A stretch of 64,000 nt of DNA from an uncultured virus (IMG/VR IMGVR_UViG_3300031840_000567) (IMGVR_UViG_3300031840_000567); one strand, 5' to 3'. Counted from the first letter of the stretch, positions 31,701 to 41,550 are shown. Translations and numbers: made by a program. Notes: generated from the sequence alone by a model not told the origin.

Positions 31701-34700
31701 CGTATCCAAATCCATTATTAATGATGCGAACTTTTGCAATTCCGCCAGTTGCTCCAATAGATGTCGTGGTGTAGTAAATCTCTTCACAGTCTTGTGCTGA
31801 ATATTTTGATTGCTCTGATTCAGTTGCAAGGATTGCAGTAAAGGTAGTTGATCCTACACCGGTAACACTATATGATCCGGTATATGTACTATCAATAAAA
31901 CTAATTCTAGTAAATCCAACAACCTCAGTATCAGAGGTTGACATATATCCACCCTTTTCAAATCCATAATATAGCTCAGTTTTAATATTCTCATTATAAT
32001 TAATTGTCAATTTGGACATATCTTCTGCAACTGTTGTTCCTAGACCAACAGTATTGACTCCAACAACTTCTAAACTAGAAGTATTTCCGGTCCCAACAAA
32101 TTCATTGAAGTAGTTGCTGTCATAAAAAATCTTTAATACACCGCCAAGTAAAGATGAGTCGTTTAAATTGAATACTATATTGTTATTTTTAGTTACTTTA
32201 ATTGGTGGGTTGATTGGATTTATAGTTTGTCCAGTAGACCCAACACCAGTTACACTGACAATTTCAGGAGGATCAAGAAATAGTTGAGATCTAGAATCTG
32301 ATAATTGGAATGTATCATTATCAATTTTCAAGACAAAATATGTTCTTTGGAACAAACTGTCAGGAAGGCTACTTTCATCACCAAAAGGACCATAAGCTAA
32401 AACTTTAAATCCAGTTTCAAGACCATGGTTATTAGCGGTAAAGATGTTAGTAACCGTATTGATTCCCGTTGTAGCAATTTCTACCGGATTTAAAATTAAG
32501 TTTCCATCTAGTAGTTTTACTGTAACATCTTCTGCCTGTCCGATACCAGTTGTAATTCCTGGTTTTACTACAAGAGATACCTGGTCATTAATGCTTAAGT
32601 TATGAGAATTAGATGTCTCTACGGTTAACTCGCTTCTTTCAATATTAGATATCTGCTGCGTATAATTCGTTTGGAAATAATAGTTTGAGCTATCGTCTCC
32701 AGTCGTCGTAAAGAACAACTCAGAACCATCAGGAGAAGTTTTAAGACCAATTGTGTTGCTAGTCTTGCGAACTACATAAAGACTTGCTGGAAGGGCACTG
32801 GGAGCAATGTATGGATCAATCGAAGCAGTTGCATTGATAACAGCATTTCCATTTCTTTCAAAGGTGACTAAATCATTGGTTTTTAGATCATGCCCCTCAA
32901 TAAAGATGGATTGAGAAAGAATTGATCTTGTTTTAGTTACTCCATTTAATGAAACATTAACGGATGTTGAAAATCCTACAGTAGTGCCAACTCCAACTGA
33001 TTCTTTTGGATTAAAATAATATAAATCTTGGAATTTAGAATCAATAGTGGATGTTTCTGAAATTGGTAGAGTAAATTTACTTGTAAAATAAGTAACAGCT
33101 GCTCCAACAGAAGCTGTAGCAAATCCAGCGGATCTTTCTACTCTAACAATTTTTTCAGATGGGAATGCATTCAAAATACGGACAGTTTCTGTTCCGATAC
33201 CAATAGAATCTCCGGCAGAAACATTTGGAGGAACAAGGCTAACCTTCAAGTCTGTAATGATACCAGTGTACCCGTCTTGATTTAGAGTTGCTTTATATGA
33301 TTGTACTGAAATTTTGTGATAAGTCTCAAGTCCTTTAACATAAGTGGAAATACCACTAACTCTAATGACATGACCATCACTAAACTCATGATATGGAGAA
33401 ACTTTAAATTCTGCGGTTTCTCTCCCCATCTTAAAAGGTACATTTAAGAAAGATACCGTATTGCTACTTACCTGATTGATATCAGATCCAAAAACTTTAC
33501 TGACTTCCGCAGATAAACCGCCCCCAGTTGTGTTGCTATTGTCAAAAATGATATTATCATTGACACTGTAACCAGATCCTCTAAAATTAACCTGGATATC
33601 AGTAATTGATCCTATGCCAAGATTATCTGGAACAGATTCTTGATTATTTGACCTATATGGTTGAAAAACATAATCATATGATTTACCGTCACCAAACATA
33701 TTGTATGGGAAGGTATTTCTGACTAGTTTTGAAGATTCAAAGTCAAAATTGGTTTGATCGATGACCAATCCCCTAACTGTATTTTCGGGAATTGCGAAAC
33801 TGCGGAAAGTGTCTCCAATAAAGTATGGAAATAGTGGCTTATTATTAATATCTACAGTTGCAAAATAAGCATAAACTCCTTCAGGAAAGTCTGGAGTTTT
33901 TGTGAACTTACCATTATGTTCATCTAAATCTCCAGATCCATCATAGGAATAATCTTTAACTAGAGATCCATATGGGAAAACTGATATTGGAGGTCTATTT
34001 GTAATGTTAGTTGAGATAATATTATAACTAGATTCTTGCCTCTTAACATCAGACTGGATATTATTGGGGTCAGATAATCCATATGGACCGTATATTGGGT
34101 TGCCATCATACGCCCATCCAATAATTGGAGAATGGCTAGAACCATCATCTTCAAAGAATTCTCTAATAGAATTTCCATATCCAATATAATTTACAGCAAC
34201 ACCTCCCGAGAAAGGAGCGAGATAATCTAATTCAGTATCATTCAGACCAAATGCCTTATTAATTACCAAAGATCTTAATTGAGCTTCAAGTTTAAGACTT
34301 GAACCTGGATTAATGATACTGGTGGTTGTTGTACTAGCAGCATATCCAACTCCGCCAGAAATAACCTTTACTTCAGTAATAGATCCATTTTCTACTACTG
34401 ATCTAAGAATAGCTCCGTTTGCCTCTGAACTGGCACTAGAAACTATAATATCTGGTGGACCAGAATATCCAGATCCCCCAGCTTGGACAAATGCTGAGAT
34501 AATTCTACCATTTGAAAAAATGAGTCCAACTTGACCTAGTGTACCACTCTCAACTGAAATTGTTGGTGGGTTTTGGAAATCGACGACAGTAGATCCATAA
34601 TTTCTACCTCTAGCATATAAAGGTGCGTCAACTACATGACCTCTAACAATTGGAGTGGCTACAAGATCTTGTTCTTTCTGATCTTCTGTTAGTACTTTTA

Positions 34701-37700
34701 TATTACATTCAATTTTAGGATAACTAAATCTTTGGAATCCCGATCCCTGAGAATCTAGGAATGTGTGGATTTTTTTATTGTAGTTATCACCAGATACTTT
34801 CGCATCCCCTTTATTGCCAACTTCTGCTAATCTGAATGCATCGTCATTAACCTTTAATACTTGATACTGCTTGGTAGAACTAAGTCCTGTAACAGCAGTA
34901 GTATCATATGAATAATTTACAATATCCCCATCTTTAAATCCGTGTTCTTCAAAGCTCACATAATCTCTAAAAGTATTGATACCTGCTGGATTCACTAAAA
35001 TATTTCTGCTAGCATATCCACTACCAGAATTTTCTACAATAATTCTACCAATAGTAGTTTTCTTTTCAAAAGTTCTGAAGATGTGTTGACCAGCATTAGA
35101 TCCAGCTGCTTCCTCAGAAATTGATATGGTATTAATACCAACAACAGCATCTTGTTTTGTATAATGTAAGTAGATGGATTTATCGCCAGAAGATCTTACA
35201 TAGTAGTCTTGACCACTCATTAGGGTCAATTCTTCATTTGAAGCTCCGGTAGTTGCGATACCTAAATTATTGTTTCCATTATTATTGTAAACAATTCTAC
35301 TACCAGATACTAAGTTATGATTTGAAAGGAAAGTAAACCTATCGTTTATTGCTTCTACAGCACCGCCAGAAAGGGTACTGACGCCACTGAAAGATATCTC
35401 CCGGTATCTTTCCTCAAGTAGTGCCCTTCCGAATGCTCCAGTGCCATTACCACCAAAGATCTCAACACTAACAACTTGATCAATATCAAATTCTACAGGG
35501 TCAATATAAACAGAAGTGACAGTTCCCGCAAGACTGACAATAGATCCGGCAGTATTAGCTGCACTGACCAATGGGTCTGAAATAGTAATATTGGGAGGAT
35601 TTTGGACATCATACCCAACACCACCATTAAGAACATTAATTTGTCTTAATGGTCCATAGTATACTTGATTTTCGCCTTTATAATTTAATACTTCAAGACC
35701 ATTGACAAGCATACCTGTGTTGCCGTCAGCAGTAATCTCTGATGTAGTTGTTGATTCTCTACCACTTTTAAGTTCTTGTTCTAGAGTAAATCTACGAATA
35801 GGTCTGGATGGAAAAATTTCCCGCTTACCCTGACTAGCAAGAATGAAATCATGTGTTCCACCAACACCAGTAGGATTGAAATATTCTGGAAGATTTGCTT
35901 TGATGAAAGCTCTAGATGTATATAATTGAATCCTATTAGCAGGACTTAAAACTTTTACAAAATATCCCTTTTGCTCAAGACCAATAATTCCGACAGTTCC
36001 TTCAGATGGAACATATAGAACTTCTTCGCCAGTTTTAAATGGAACATCGTTGGTAAACGCTAGGACAGTATATGCATCTTGTGTGCTATCATATCCATCA
36101 AAGTTCCCGAGACCAGCACTAGGGTTAACTAATGTAGATCTAACTTTATCTACAGTAATCAAATAATTAGGTAAAGAGCTAGATGCTACATAACCTTCTC
36201 TTTTACCAGTGCTAGACTCATTTTCTGTCTCAATATAAGTATTATTAATGTCCGATAGTAATTGATTTTGACCACCTCTAATCGGTACAATATTAGAATT
36301 TGCTTTTTTCTGTACTCTTCTTAAATCATAAAAAAGTGACGAATCTAAAGTGGGAATAGCACCACTAAGAGTGACAGTATTTGTAGATGTGTTTACGGAG
36401 GATACTCTTAAAGCTGTAGCAGCTACTAACTCAGAATTTCTGTTGACAATATCAACAAGATCATTCTTTCGGATACTACTCTTATCAATGTTTCCATCTA
36501 ATACAAAACCCGATCCAGAAAAGGTAGAAATCTCATATCTTGCAGATGTATTGTAAACCCAAGAATTAAAAAAGATTTCTTCGTATGATTTATTAGTATC
36601 TGGGTTCTCAATTAATCTTCCCAGGTTTCTAATTCTAATAGAAGAGTCTTTATCTAGATTTCTAAGATCTGCATTAGATAAGAACTTACTAAGAACACCA
36701 GTAACCTTAAATTCTACTCTTTTAGAAGAATCGCCATTCTCAAACCCATAAACAATGTTAGGAGCAGAGATATCTGTGTTGTTTATAATGTTCGTCGATA
36801 CTACAGGAGTAACATCAAAAAATTGACTTATGCTTTTAGTTGCATACGAATATGTGGTTGATCCAATCGATAAAGTTCCAGTGCTGGAAAATCCAATTGT
36901 GGAGTCAACAGTAATTACAGACGCACCAATCCCAATATCACCAATATTACGAGTTTTACCAGGAACAACAAATGTGCCGTCAGTTAATGATCTCTCATCA
37001 AAACCAGTGAATAGAGAGATTTTGTAGTAATTATCTCTGATGTTACTAACTTCTGAAATCGGACCAGAAGCTGCATTAACTTTATCATTTGTAGGGTCAT
37101 TATCTTGATATAATGTTTCGCCAACCAAATTTGCTGGGTTACCGGAAATTAACTCAAGAGAAAGTGTTTTTCTTCTTACATAATTTGCATATGATGGTTT
37201 GATCAGGTACTTTTCAAGATCATTGATTTTTGGATCGATTCCAAATAAAGCTTTGAACAGAATCTTAAATGAATCTTCTGTACCCTTCGATTCATAGAGA
37301 CTTCTTGCCTCTTTGATGAAATTATTAATATCCAGCTGTGGTGATAGGTTTACTCCCTCTAATCCAGGAGTATACATCGCCTTCAATTTTTTATAGAACT
37401 CTTTTAAGAAAAGAGCACTAACATTTTGAACTATTGATCCTGTAGTATGTGAGGAAGCAACTGTTGATTCCCATACTAGATCTTCATTATTATTAGGTGC
37501 AGTATAGGAACTAATCCCGCTGAACCCTCTCGTACATCCAGTAAAACTATTTTCAGTCTTGTCTGCATAAGTTATAATTTCACTATCAATCTTAATAAGA
37601 CCATGTTTTTCGGGATATCCATCCGTGCTTGTTACCGAGATAGTATCATCACTATCTGAGATATCACTAGCAAGATTTGTACCTCCTTTGATGACATCTA

Positions 37701-37902
37701 CAGTAAGATTATCAATCTTAAGATATGCGTCAATATTCTCAGCAATATCTGCCGGACCACCTTGATAATCTTGGGAGATATAATATTGTTTTAGAAACTC
37801 AGCAAATTTTGGGTTTTCTGAGACCGCAAATTCGGGTATAGATTCAGAAACAATCTGATAAGTCTTTACTCTTGGGCTTAGCGGGGAGTTTGTCTCTATC
37901 AT
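25762..37902 (-). CDS. g7: baseplate wedge initiator gp7-like giant protein (4046 aa)
   Basis: FLKQYY, LYESKGT..SFKILFKALFG, HSPIIGWAYDGNPIYGPYG, DNDYYQNMSY, VHPAGMKNF; lies between g6 and g8. Confidence 0.8.
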   Translation of the reverse strand: MIETNSPLSPRVKTYQIVSESIPEFAVSENPKFAEFLKQYYISQDYQGGPADIAENIDAYLKIDNLTVDVIKGGTNLASDISDSDDTISVTSTDGYPEKHGLIKIDSEIITYADKTENSFTGCTRGFSGISSYTAPNNNEDLVWESTVASSHTTGSIVQNVSALFLKEFYKKLKAMYTPGLEGVNLSPQLDINNFIKEARSLYESKGTEDSFKILFKALFGIDPKINDLEKYLIKPSYANYVRRKTLSLELISGNPANLVGETLYQDNDPTNDKVNAASGPISEVSNIRDNYYKISLFTGFDERSLTDGTFVVPGKTRNIGDIGIGASVITVDSTIGFSSTGTLSIGSTTYSYATKSISQFFDVTPVVSTNIINNTDISAPNIVYGFENGDSSKRVEFKVTGVLSKFLSNADLRNLDKDSSIRIRNLGRLIENPDTNKSYEEIFFNSWVYNTSARYEISTFSGSGFVLDGNIDKSSIRKNDLVDIVNRNSELVAATALRVSSVNTSTNTVTLSGAIPTLDSSLFYDLRRVQKKANSNIVPIRGGQNQLLSDINNTYIETENESSTGKREGYVASSSLPNYLITVDKVRSTLVNPSAGLGNFDGYDSTQDAYTVLAFTNDVPFKTGEEVLYVPSEGTVGIIGLEQKGYFVKVLSPANRIQLYTSRAFIKANLPEYFNPTGVGGTHDFILASQGKREIFPSRPIRRFTLEQELKSGRESTTTSEITADGNTGMLVNGLEVLNYKGENQVYYGPLRQINVLNGGVGYDVQNPPNITISDPLVSAANTAGSIVSLAGTVTSVYIDPVEFDIDQVVSVEIFGGNGTGAFGRALLEERYREISFSGVSTLSGGAVEAINDRFTFLSNHNLVSGSRIVYNNNGNNNLGIATTGASNEELTLMSGQDYYVRSSGDKSIYLHYTKQDAVVGINTISISEEAAGSNAGQHIFRTFEKKTTIGRIIVENSGSGYASRNILVNPAGINTFRDYVSFEEHGFKDGDIVNYSYDTTAVTGLSSTKQYQVLKVNDDAFRLAEVGNKGDAKVSGDNYNKKIHTFLDSQGSGFQRFSYPKIECNIKVLTEDQKEQDLVATPIVRGHVVDAPLYARGRNYGSTVVDFQNPPTISVESGTLGQVGLIFSNGRIISAFVQAGGSGYSGPPDIIVSSASSEANGAILRSVVENGSITEVKVISGGVGYAASTTTTSIINPGSSLKLEAQLRSLVINKAFGLNDTELDYLAPFSGGVAVNYIGYGNSIREFFEDDGSSHSPIIGWAYDGNPIYGPYGLSDPNNIQSDVKRQESSYNIISTNITNRPPISVFPYGSLVKDYSYDGSGDLDEHNGKFTKTPDFPEGVYAYFATVDINNKPLFPYFIGDTFRSFAIPENTVRGLVIDQTNFDFESSKLVRNTFPYNMFGDGKSYDYVFQPYRSNNQESVPDNLGIGSITDIQVNFRGSGYSVNDNIIFDNSNTTGGGLSAEVSKVFGSDINQVSSNTVSFLNVPFKMGRETAEFKVSPYHEFSDGHVIRVSGISTYVKGLETYHKISVQSYKATLNQDGYTGIITDLKVSLVPPNVSAGDSIGIGTETVRILNAFPSEKIVRVERSAGFATASVGAAVTYFTSKFTLPISETSTIDSKFQDLYYFNPKESVGVGTTVGFSTSVNVSLNGVTKTRSILSQSIFIEGHDLKTNDLVTFERNGNAVINATASIDPYIAPSALPASLYVVRKTSNTIGLKTSPDGSELFFTTTGDDSSNYYFQTNYTQQISNIERSELTVETSNSHNLSINDQVSLVVKPGITTGIGQAEDVTVKLLDGNLILNPVEIATTGINTVTNIFTANNHGLETGFKVLAYGPFGDESSLPDSLFQRTYFVLKIDNDTFQLSDSRSQLFLDPPEIVSVTGVGSTGQTINPINPPIKVTKNNNIVFNLNDSSLLGGVLKIFYDSNYFNEFVGTGNTSSLEVVGVNTVGLGTTVAEDMSKLTINYNENIKTELYYGFEKGGYMSTSDTEVVGFTRISFIDSTYTGSYSVTGVGSTTFTAILATESEQSKYSAQDCEEIYYTTTSIGATGGIAKVRIINNGFGYDRIPAVTSIGNSGISGNLLLTGPSINQLKGVTVPTDVFGYPSDNTLKPDAFLPRSVQAKNANRVIDVDVTFGGKSYLNAPSLVLYDKSTGIIVNNGLITCELSDSAVNSAKVVVQPRGLSANAYGVAPLRNSNGISIIEAFSDVGVVTCKITTPILGYVDEPFVAGEEVYLEGIEFNNDGDGFNSGDYLFTNFKIDTYNSAVNPREVSFKYTGLTTNVGTGATVVPGFGQIVKAGDLAQFSSTISFSPFAKNEPLRRNNDNETDLILRSIDTNTGIMVIEGSRPLEPDDNLVGTNSGDRAEVESVTVFDGYYDIDSTIDTNVGWSDNIGLIGDSNQFLPDNDYYQNMSYAIESDKTFDEIITYVNDIVHPAGMKNFANTQILSIGDAGESVQPADDAGGFVLDFISDPLRVDGIYNFDLSRDVNANNNTSKFLELKSTRLADFILNKTNRVLIHDDISPNFISNESNDLSDDRTIAGIVAGRNFSRYLIQTTHSAENPLNNQYQLNEVILVTVDKSTYLLQKSHINNTNNVGLSTGYAEFFSFYNADDDLTEIRIKPYETFDTNYDIKTFQQGFSADVGIGSTNTGNAVNSSANVLVGSGSTTQVIGFSTTTFVGGVGHFLIVDSAAKSIDYVELALQHDGTDTYLTELASFNTRQSLGGISSPNFMGTFTSSIESGVVKIDYIHNESSTLAIRSKFVSFENVGLGTTSIRHLNLKFTPEGTERTARVIVGASATTGISTVVGVSSFTNLSFKSTVHVSYGSTQTLHQIYVLSDPEKADTYISQQPIAAIGTTTGIGTFGAEFSGSNVNLEFYPDSGVTGIVSIYSYNEVLYKDPDPNGTLAGIGSFDYGNVFENVTQNTYLGINNRNIRTFDLKYEGTPIYERDLNPQDPGQIDFGTGLISFKHFFSNAEPVTYEPDSNIVGVAASALQYVTGYGHTSLPSTVFIIKNNNDQFFISTNLTDARSGIAVTFQPGTSAGNKHRFTMDKRDEKTIIALNGIVQKPISYTQITYDLDVAVNGIVTSFALSGLSTVTSGDLLKLADEYSIVRTVGFATQPTGPITGIGTWSIVEVERGAVGSAATDHAAGSIARIHRGSFQILNSQVHFTEAPLGGDLGVIDPQNLPYPRASFGGRTYLRNDYRTNELFDDFSDKFDGLENTFPLTATGAAVTGIGSTGGNGVLFINGIFQAPFGENNEGVSNFKIIEDPVSTAASVQFSGITSVGFTDLIIDIDDINQNQLPRGGVIVSIASTPGVGYAPFKGADVRLNVGAGGTITGIVGISTTGPSVSLSNAVYDKRTGIMTVTTSANHGLLVEDQVKLTGIAFTCGAAHAGVTTTIFPEHNDPFSVAGIISATQFKVQVGPSTIPHTYVSGGTAAPFFPLTFGSGYNTNLGTIGIAVTTSTGTGATVTAVVGAGGSLVFSVTGPGTNYTENDIVITPEPNGENLPIVGVSRIGLGNTTLTGVGCSVTIQIAGVSTATGIGSTLFEVSEFQFSKKGYGFKRGDKFTVTGLSTDPYAGDKFSPFELEVVDVFTDQVSSWQFGNIDYLDNIRPFQNGNQKRFLLYYQQSLVSFEIDRGDRDSKEIDLSAVLLIFINGVIQEPGINYTFDGGSVIEFTSAPTSEDNVVIFFYRGTIGQDSFLFDVNEVIKVGDNLRLRKSAQIELNQVTQSTENLAQSANRIVKRIDSAATVETAFYQGVGISNDNYKPMDWIKQKKDIIIDGSLVSKARDSIEAQITPIANVIGVLTTTDSFVYVDSTAMFRDTDNGLTGSFSLAYIAEVGFGTTAVYGINYENITGIEPLVANVQGFIGVVTGISTCPGIGTDLALLIQFDAQEYVNDGNSTAGLTTGQPFKLYGTGINTVSAAVTSIDTHDTDIVGISTFNGDNIYYVHAVTTRNGGRVGVITANIASYTNVSDFVGVGSTSIPYAHFTWGKFSNVTRDQTQPVNANIKGIDFDPELTNYPIVQRRGVGLRGTGGLPKIL

Positions 37903-37903
37903 C

Positions 37904-39823
37904 CTACTGTCTGATTAGCGATCCGTTGGAGTAACTGGATGTGATTTGATATCCAATACCAGAGATTTGCTGGCCAGAGGAAATCGTGTCTCTCACGATA
38001 TTTATCTCAGAATTTGAGAGATCTAGACTTAAATAGATATCCTTCAATCCGATAATATCGTTTGACTCAGGATATGCTTGAACTTCAACAATATTATCAC
38101 CAATCGCTGTAGAGCTAATGGTAACTGCATTGAGTAAAATCTCACCTTTTAAGTAATCAACAGTACCTGCAGACTTAACTACAACTTCTGCAGACTCACC
38201 TTGTAGTTTTGCTGGTTTAAATATAGCGATATCCCCATATCTACCATCATCTCTAGGAATATCAGTCAAATATACGATTTCTGGATCACCTGAAATTGTA
38301 AATCCACTTGATTTGATCGTACCACCTCCTGGCAGAATATTAAACTGGTTACCAAAACATAATTCGTATTGAGCTGTAGCATCTTTAATTACTTTTAAGT
38401 CTCTACGAATTGTAACTTTTGTAATGTTAGATGTAATAGCAGAATTTGTCCTATCAATAATATTCTGAGACTCGGAATACTTAAATCTACCCCCAAATTT
38501 GTTCAAATTAGTAGATTTCCCGTAAGTTGTTAAAGATTCGGTAATTTGTGCCTTTAATTCGTTCGCATCATCAAAAACATTGTTGTTATAATAAACAGAA
38601 GTGTCTAATTCAATATACAAAACCCTCAAATCTTCAATTCTTTGGTTAATACCAGCGATTGAGTAATTTTTTAGATCATTTAAAATATTTTGCTTGGTAA
38701 AGTCAGATAAAAATGTACCATTTACAGGTTTAATACTTAAAACGACAGTTCCAAACTCTGGAGGGTCTAATTCTTCCCCACCAACAACAGAAACCGACTC
38801 TGTATTTGGATAAATCCTCTGAATAATAGATTCATAGTCCTTAGGTGTAACCGCTCTGTTTTGTGCGGAGTACATTCTAGGTGCAAAGTATCGTATAGAG
38901 TCAATTGGCTCAATATCAGAACCATTACGGGCGGTCTGAGAGGTAACGATGTTAATAACATTAGTGGATGTTATAGAATTATTAGCATCGTTCCTTACAT
39001 CGCCAGAAAAAGTGAAATTTTTTCCTTCGTTACCAAATTTTCCGTCAGTAATAATATAACTAATACTAATTTCATCACCCTGTTCTAATTTTGTACCAAA
39101 AAGACCATCTCCAAATAGCAATTCATAAGTCTCATTAGGAGCTTCTTGAATTAAGTAGATGTTTGAGTCCTTTGTGATGTTAGTAATATTGTCAACCTTT
39201 GAAAAAGATAGTCCTGCAGTCGCACCAGACTTCTTAACATCGACTCTGAGAGTATCAATATCGACATTTGAGTTTTCAATGATGAATCTTTGGTCTGAGC
39301 TACCATTTACTCCCCAAGATTTTGTTAAAAGTGATCCTTGATAAACTTTTATGTTAGAAAAGGTTGCTGTCCTTGGAGGATTTGCTCCCACAACACCACC
39401 AACATCAATTGGACTGGTTGCAATGATGTCTTCTGGGATAGAAAAGACATAAGAAGTATTATCAATACCGCCAACTAATACTAAACCCTTCTTCAGAGTA
39501 ACAGTTGTGCTGTTTCCATTGAATTTAAACGGAAAGCTAACGATTGCTTCTGCTGCTTTTCGTGATCTAGGAACATATCCAATGTTTCTTGCAAGAGAAA
39601 CTACATTTTCTCGTAGAGTTGCTGAATCCAAGAAGGATTCATTAGCAACCATATTACTATTGAATGCTGTAATATAAGTATTATACGCTAAAACATCAAT
39701 CAACAGCGAAATATTTGATCCATCAAAGTCAAAATCAGAAAATTCTGAGTTAGATCTCAGATAATCCTTGATCGAACTTTTAATTTGATCGAAATTTAGG
39801 TTGGTATACTTAAATGATGGCAT
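37904..39823 (-). CDS. g6: baseplate wedge subunit gp6
   Basis: LNFDQIK..IKDYLR, DFDFDGSN, ESFLDSATLRENVVSLAR.IGYVPRS, QNRAVT..DY. Confidence 0.93.
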   Translation of the reverse strand: MPSFKYTNLNFDQIKSSIKDYLRSNSEFSDFDFDGSNISLLIDVLAYNTYITAFNSNMVANESFLDSATLRENVVSLARNIGYVPRSRKAAEAIVSFPFKFNGNSTTVTLKKGLVLVGGIDNTSYVFSIPEDIIATSPIDVGGVVGANPPRTATFSNIKVYQGSLLTKSWGVNGSSDQRFIIENSNVDIDTLRVDVKKSGATAGLSFSKVDNITNITKDSNIYLIQEAPNETYELLFGDGLFGTKLEQGDEISISYIITDGKFGNEGKNFTFSGDVRNDANNSITSTNVINIVTSQTARNGSDIEPIDSIRYFAPRMYSAQNRAVTPKDYESIIQRIYPNTESVSVVGGEELDPPEFGTVVLSIKPVNGTFLSDFTKQNILNDLKNYSIAGINQRIEDLRVLYIELDTSVYYNNNVFDDANELKAQITESLTTYGKSTNLNKFGGRFKYSESQNIIDRTNSAITSNITKVTIRRDLKVIKDATAQYELCFGNQFNILPGGGTIKSSGFTISGDPEIVYLTDIPRDDGRYGDIAIFKPAKLQGESAEVVVKSAGTVDYLKGEILLNAVTISSTAIGDNIVEVQAYPESNDIIGLKDIYLSLDLSNSEINIVRDTISSGQQISGIGYQITSSYSNGSLIRQ

Positions 39824-39827
39824 TTTC

Positions 39828-40226
39828 TTACCTAGTTGGCTCTAAAAGAAACTCAAATTCTTGTCTTGGGAACTCCTCACCAACAATATCGTAACTAATT
39901 ATAATATCAAATGCATTTCCATCAGGATTTGGTGTTACCACAACCTTGATGTTTGCAATTCTACCTTCAAAATTTGATAGAACATCAAAAATTTGTTGAG
40001 AAATTAGATTTGCTGTACCAAAATCAACGAAATCGAACAGTGAACTAGTAATATCAGTACCAACCGAAGACTGAAACGGTCTCTCACCAGGAATTGTTTG
40101 GACTAAGTTCCTTACAGCACGCTTAATCGCGTCCTCATTCCTGAGAACTTGTATATCACCAGTAACAGGGTGTGCGTTAAAGGATAAACTGATATCCTGA
40201 AATGCCCGTGAATTGGTTTCAGCCAC
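39828..40226 (-). CDS. g25: baseplate wedge subunit gp25
   Basis: FQDISLSF..HPVTGD, AIKRAVRNLV.T..GERPF. Confidence 0.9.
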   Translation of the reverse strand: MAETNSRAFQDISLSFNAHPVTGDIQVLRNEDAIKRAVRNLVQTIPGERPFQSSVGTDITSSLFDFVDFGTANLISQQIFDVLSNFEGRIANIKVVVTPNPDGNAFDIIISYDIVGEEFPRQEFEFLLEPTR

Positions 40227-40249
40227 TAAATGACACTAAATATCAAGCT

Positions 40250-40257
40250 TATTTATA
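40250..40257 (-). promoter_or_regulatory. T4-type late promoter TATAAATA upstream of g25
   Basis: Exact consensus on the minus strand. Confidence 0.75.
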
Positions 40258-40258
40258 G

Positions 40259-40408
40259 TCACTCTTGAAGGAGACCTGGTTCAGTATCATCATTTTTATA
40301 ATCACCAGCTACTTCACGAAGAATTTTGTCTGATTTTTTGCGATCAGTCTTAACTTCCCACGAACCACCAACGCCACCGTCCATATTTACAATGAGATCG
40401 TCATCCAT
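40259..40408 (-). CDS. small hypothetical protein (49 aa)
   Basis: Hand-translated MDDDLIVNMDGGVGGSWEVKTDRKKSDKILREVAGDYKNDDTEPGLLQE; ATAAATA upstream at 40434-40440. Confidence 0.6.
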   Translation of the reverse strand: MDDDLIVNMDGGVGGSWEVKTDRKKSDKILREVAGDYKNDDTEPGLLQE

Positions 40409-40436
40409 TTTCTTTATTATAATATTATAAGATTAT

Positions 40437-41090
40437 TTATTCCTTCTTCTCTGATTCTGTCTCCCAGAAATATTCATCAGTATCTCCTAGTCTACCCCAT
40501 CTAATACCATTCTCTACTTGAAAGTAATGTGTACTTACTTTGAAGTCTGGTATAAGTGGTTCTTCAGGTGTAATGGACAAATCAAAGATTCGTGTTCGGT
40601 TATTAGGATACAAACAAAATTGACCATTCTCAAGCTCAATACAATTATGCGACTTATGTTCGTCAGGAATTTCACTCACATTGGTATTTGTAGTATCTGT
40701 GTCTGGATGAAAGTTATCTAAAGTGAAGCAATATTCGCCGTTAAGGGTGCCAAAGTTGCGTGTGCGTACTTGGAAGTCCATTGACCCGATGAACTGCTTC
40801 TCAAGGCATCTGACGCCATAATCCATACAGTTCCAGAACTGAAGGTTAGGTAGATCTAAATCAGGGTCAGGTGTCTCTGGACGCGAGCAAAAGGCGGAAA
40901 TTGGAAGCTTGTCAAACATTGCTGCATACTTTGGTAAGTATGTCTCAAAATAAAAAGCGCGTCCAGGTATCGATTTACACGATACCCAAACGCCCTCTAC
41001 AAACTCACCAAATCCATCTTGGAAATCTCTAAGGTATTCTTTACGAACCCAGACTTTTTGCGGTGGAAGATTGATAATTAATTGACTCAT
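40437..41090 (-). CDS. conserved cyanophage hypothetical protein
   Basis: 217-aa globular ORF (WVRKEYL, SIPGRAFYFE, LQFWNC, EHKSHN, PNNR). Confidence 0.75.
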   Translation of the reverse strand: MSQLIINLPPQKVWVRKEYLRDFQDGFGEFVEGVWVSCKSIPGRAFYFETYLPKYAAMFDKLPISAFCSRPETPDPDLDLPNLQFWNCMDYGVRCLEKQFIGSMDFQVRTRNFGTLNGEYCFTLDNFHPDTDTTNTNVSEIPDEHKSHNCIELENGQFCLYPNNRTRIFDLSITPEEPLIPDFKVSTHYFQVENGIRWGRLGDTDEYFWETESEKKE

Positions 41091-41244
41091 TTTCTATTGC
41101 CCAACTTGGAGGATGAAAAGCACAATACTCATTGAATGTAATCTTCATTTCTTTATTAGTTAGGTTAGCATTCCTAGCAGCTTTTGGTAAGTTCCACTTA
41201 GCAGAGAATAACATCTCCATGGATTCACGAGTCTCTGGTCTCAC
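41041..41244 (-). CDS. small hypothetical protein
   Basis: GTG start overlapping the upstream stop; WNLPKAA motif. Confidence 0.55.
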   Translation of the reverse strand: MRPETRESMEMLFSAKWNLPKAARNANLTNKEMKITFNEYCAFHPPSWAIENESINYQSSTAKSLGS

Positions 41245-41387
41245 TTACCTTGTCCACGATAACGCTTCTTACGAGCGTTCGCGCTCGTCGCGCTAAGTTT
41301 TGTATGCTTACCCATTCCTTGACGAGTTTTTTTGGGGGTCGCTTCGATGAATGAACCACCACTTAGCGATTTTTTTACCTTAGCCAT
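41241..41387 (-). CDS. small highly basic protein (48 aa)
   Basis: Hand-translated MAKVKKSLSGGSFIEATPKKTRQGMGKHTKLSATSANARKKRYRGQGK; coupled to neighbours on both sides. Confidence 0.7.
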   Translation of the reverse strand: MAKVKKSLSGGSFIEATPKKTRQGMGKHTKLSATSANARKKRYRGQGK

Positions 41388-41550
41388 TTTTAAGTTCCTT
41401 CATAATATGTGAAATTCTGTGAGGGGCAGGGGCACCTGTCTCATAAAATGAGAGAGCATACCCCTCCATGATATACATGAACTCGTCTTCACTTACATCG
41501 GTGTGTCTCTCAGACCCATCAACATAGATTGTGTAGACTGTCCGTTCCAT
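41380..41550 (-). CDS. small hypothetical protein (56 aa)
   Basis: Hand-translated MERTVYTIYVDGSERHTDVSEDEF...; TGATG coupling to the upstream gene. Confidence 0.65.
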   Translation of the reverse strand: MERTVYTIYVDGSERHTDVSEDEFMYIMEGYALSFYETGAPAPHRISHIMKELKNG

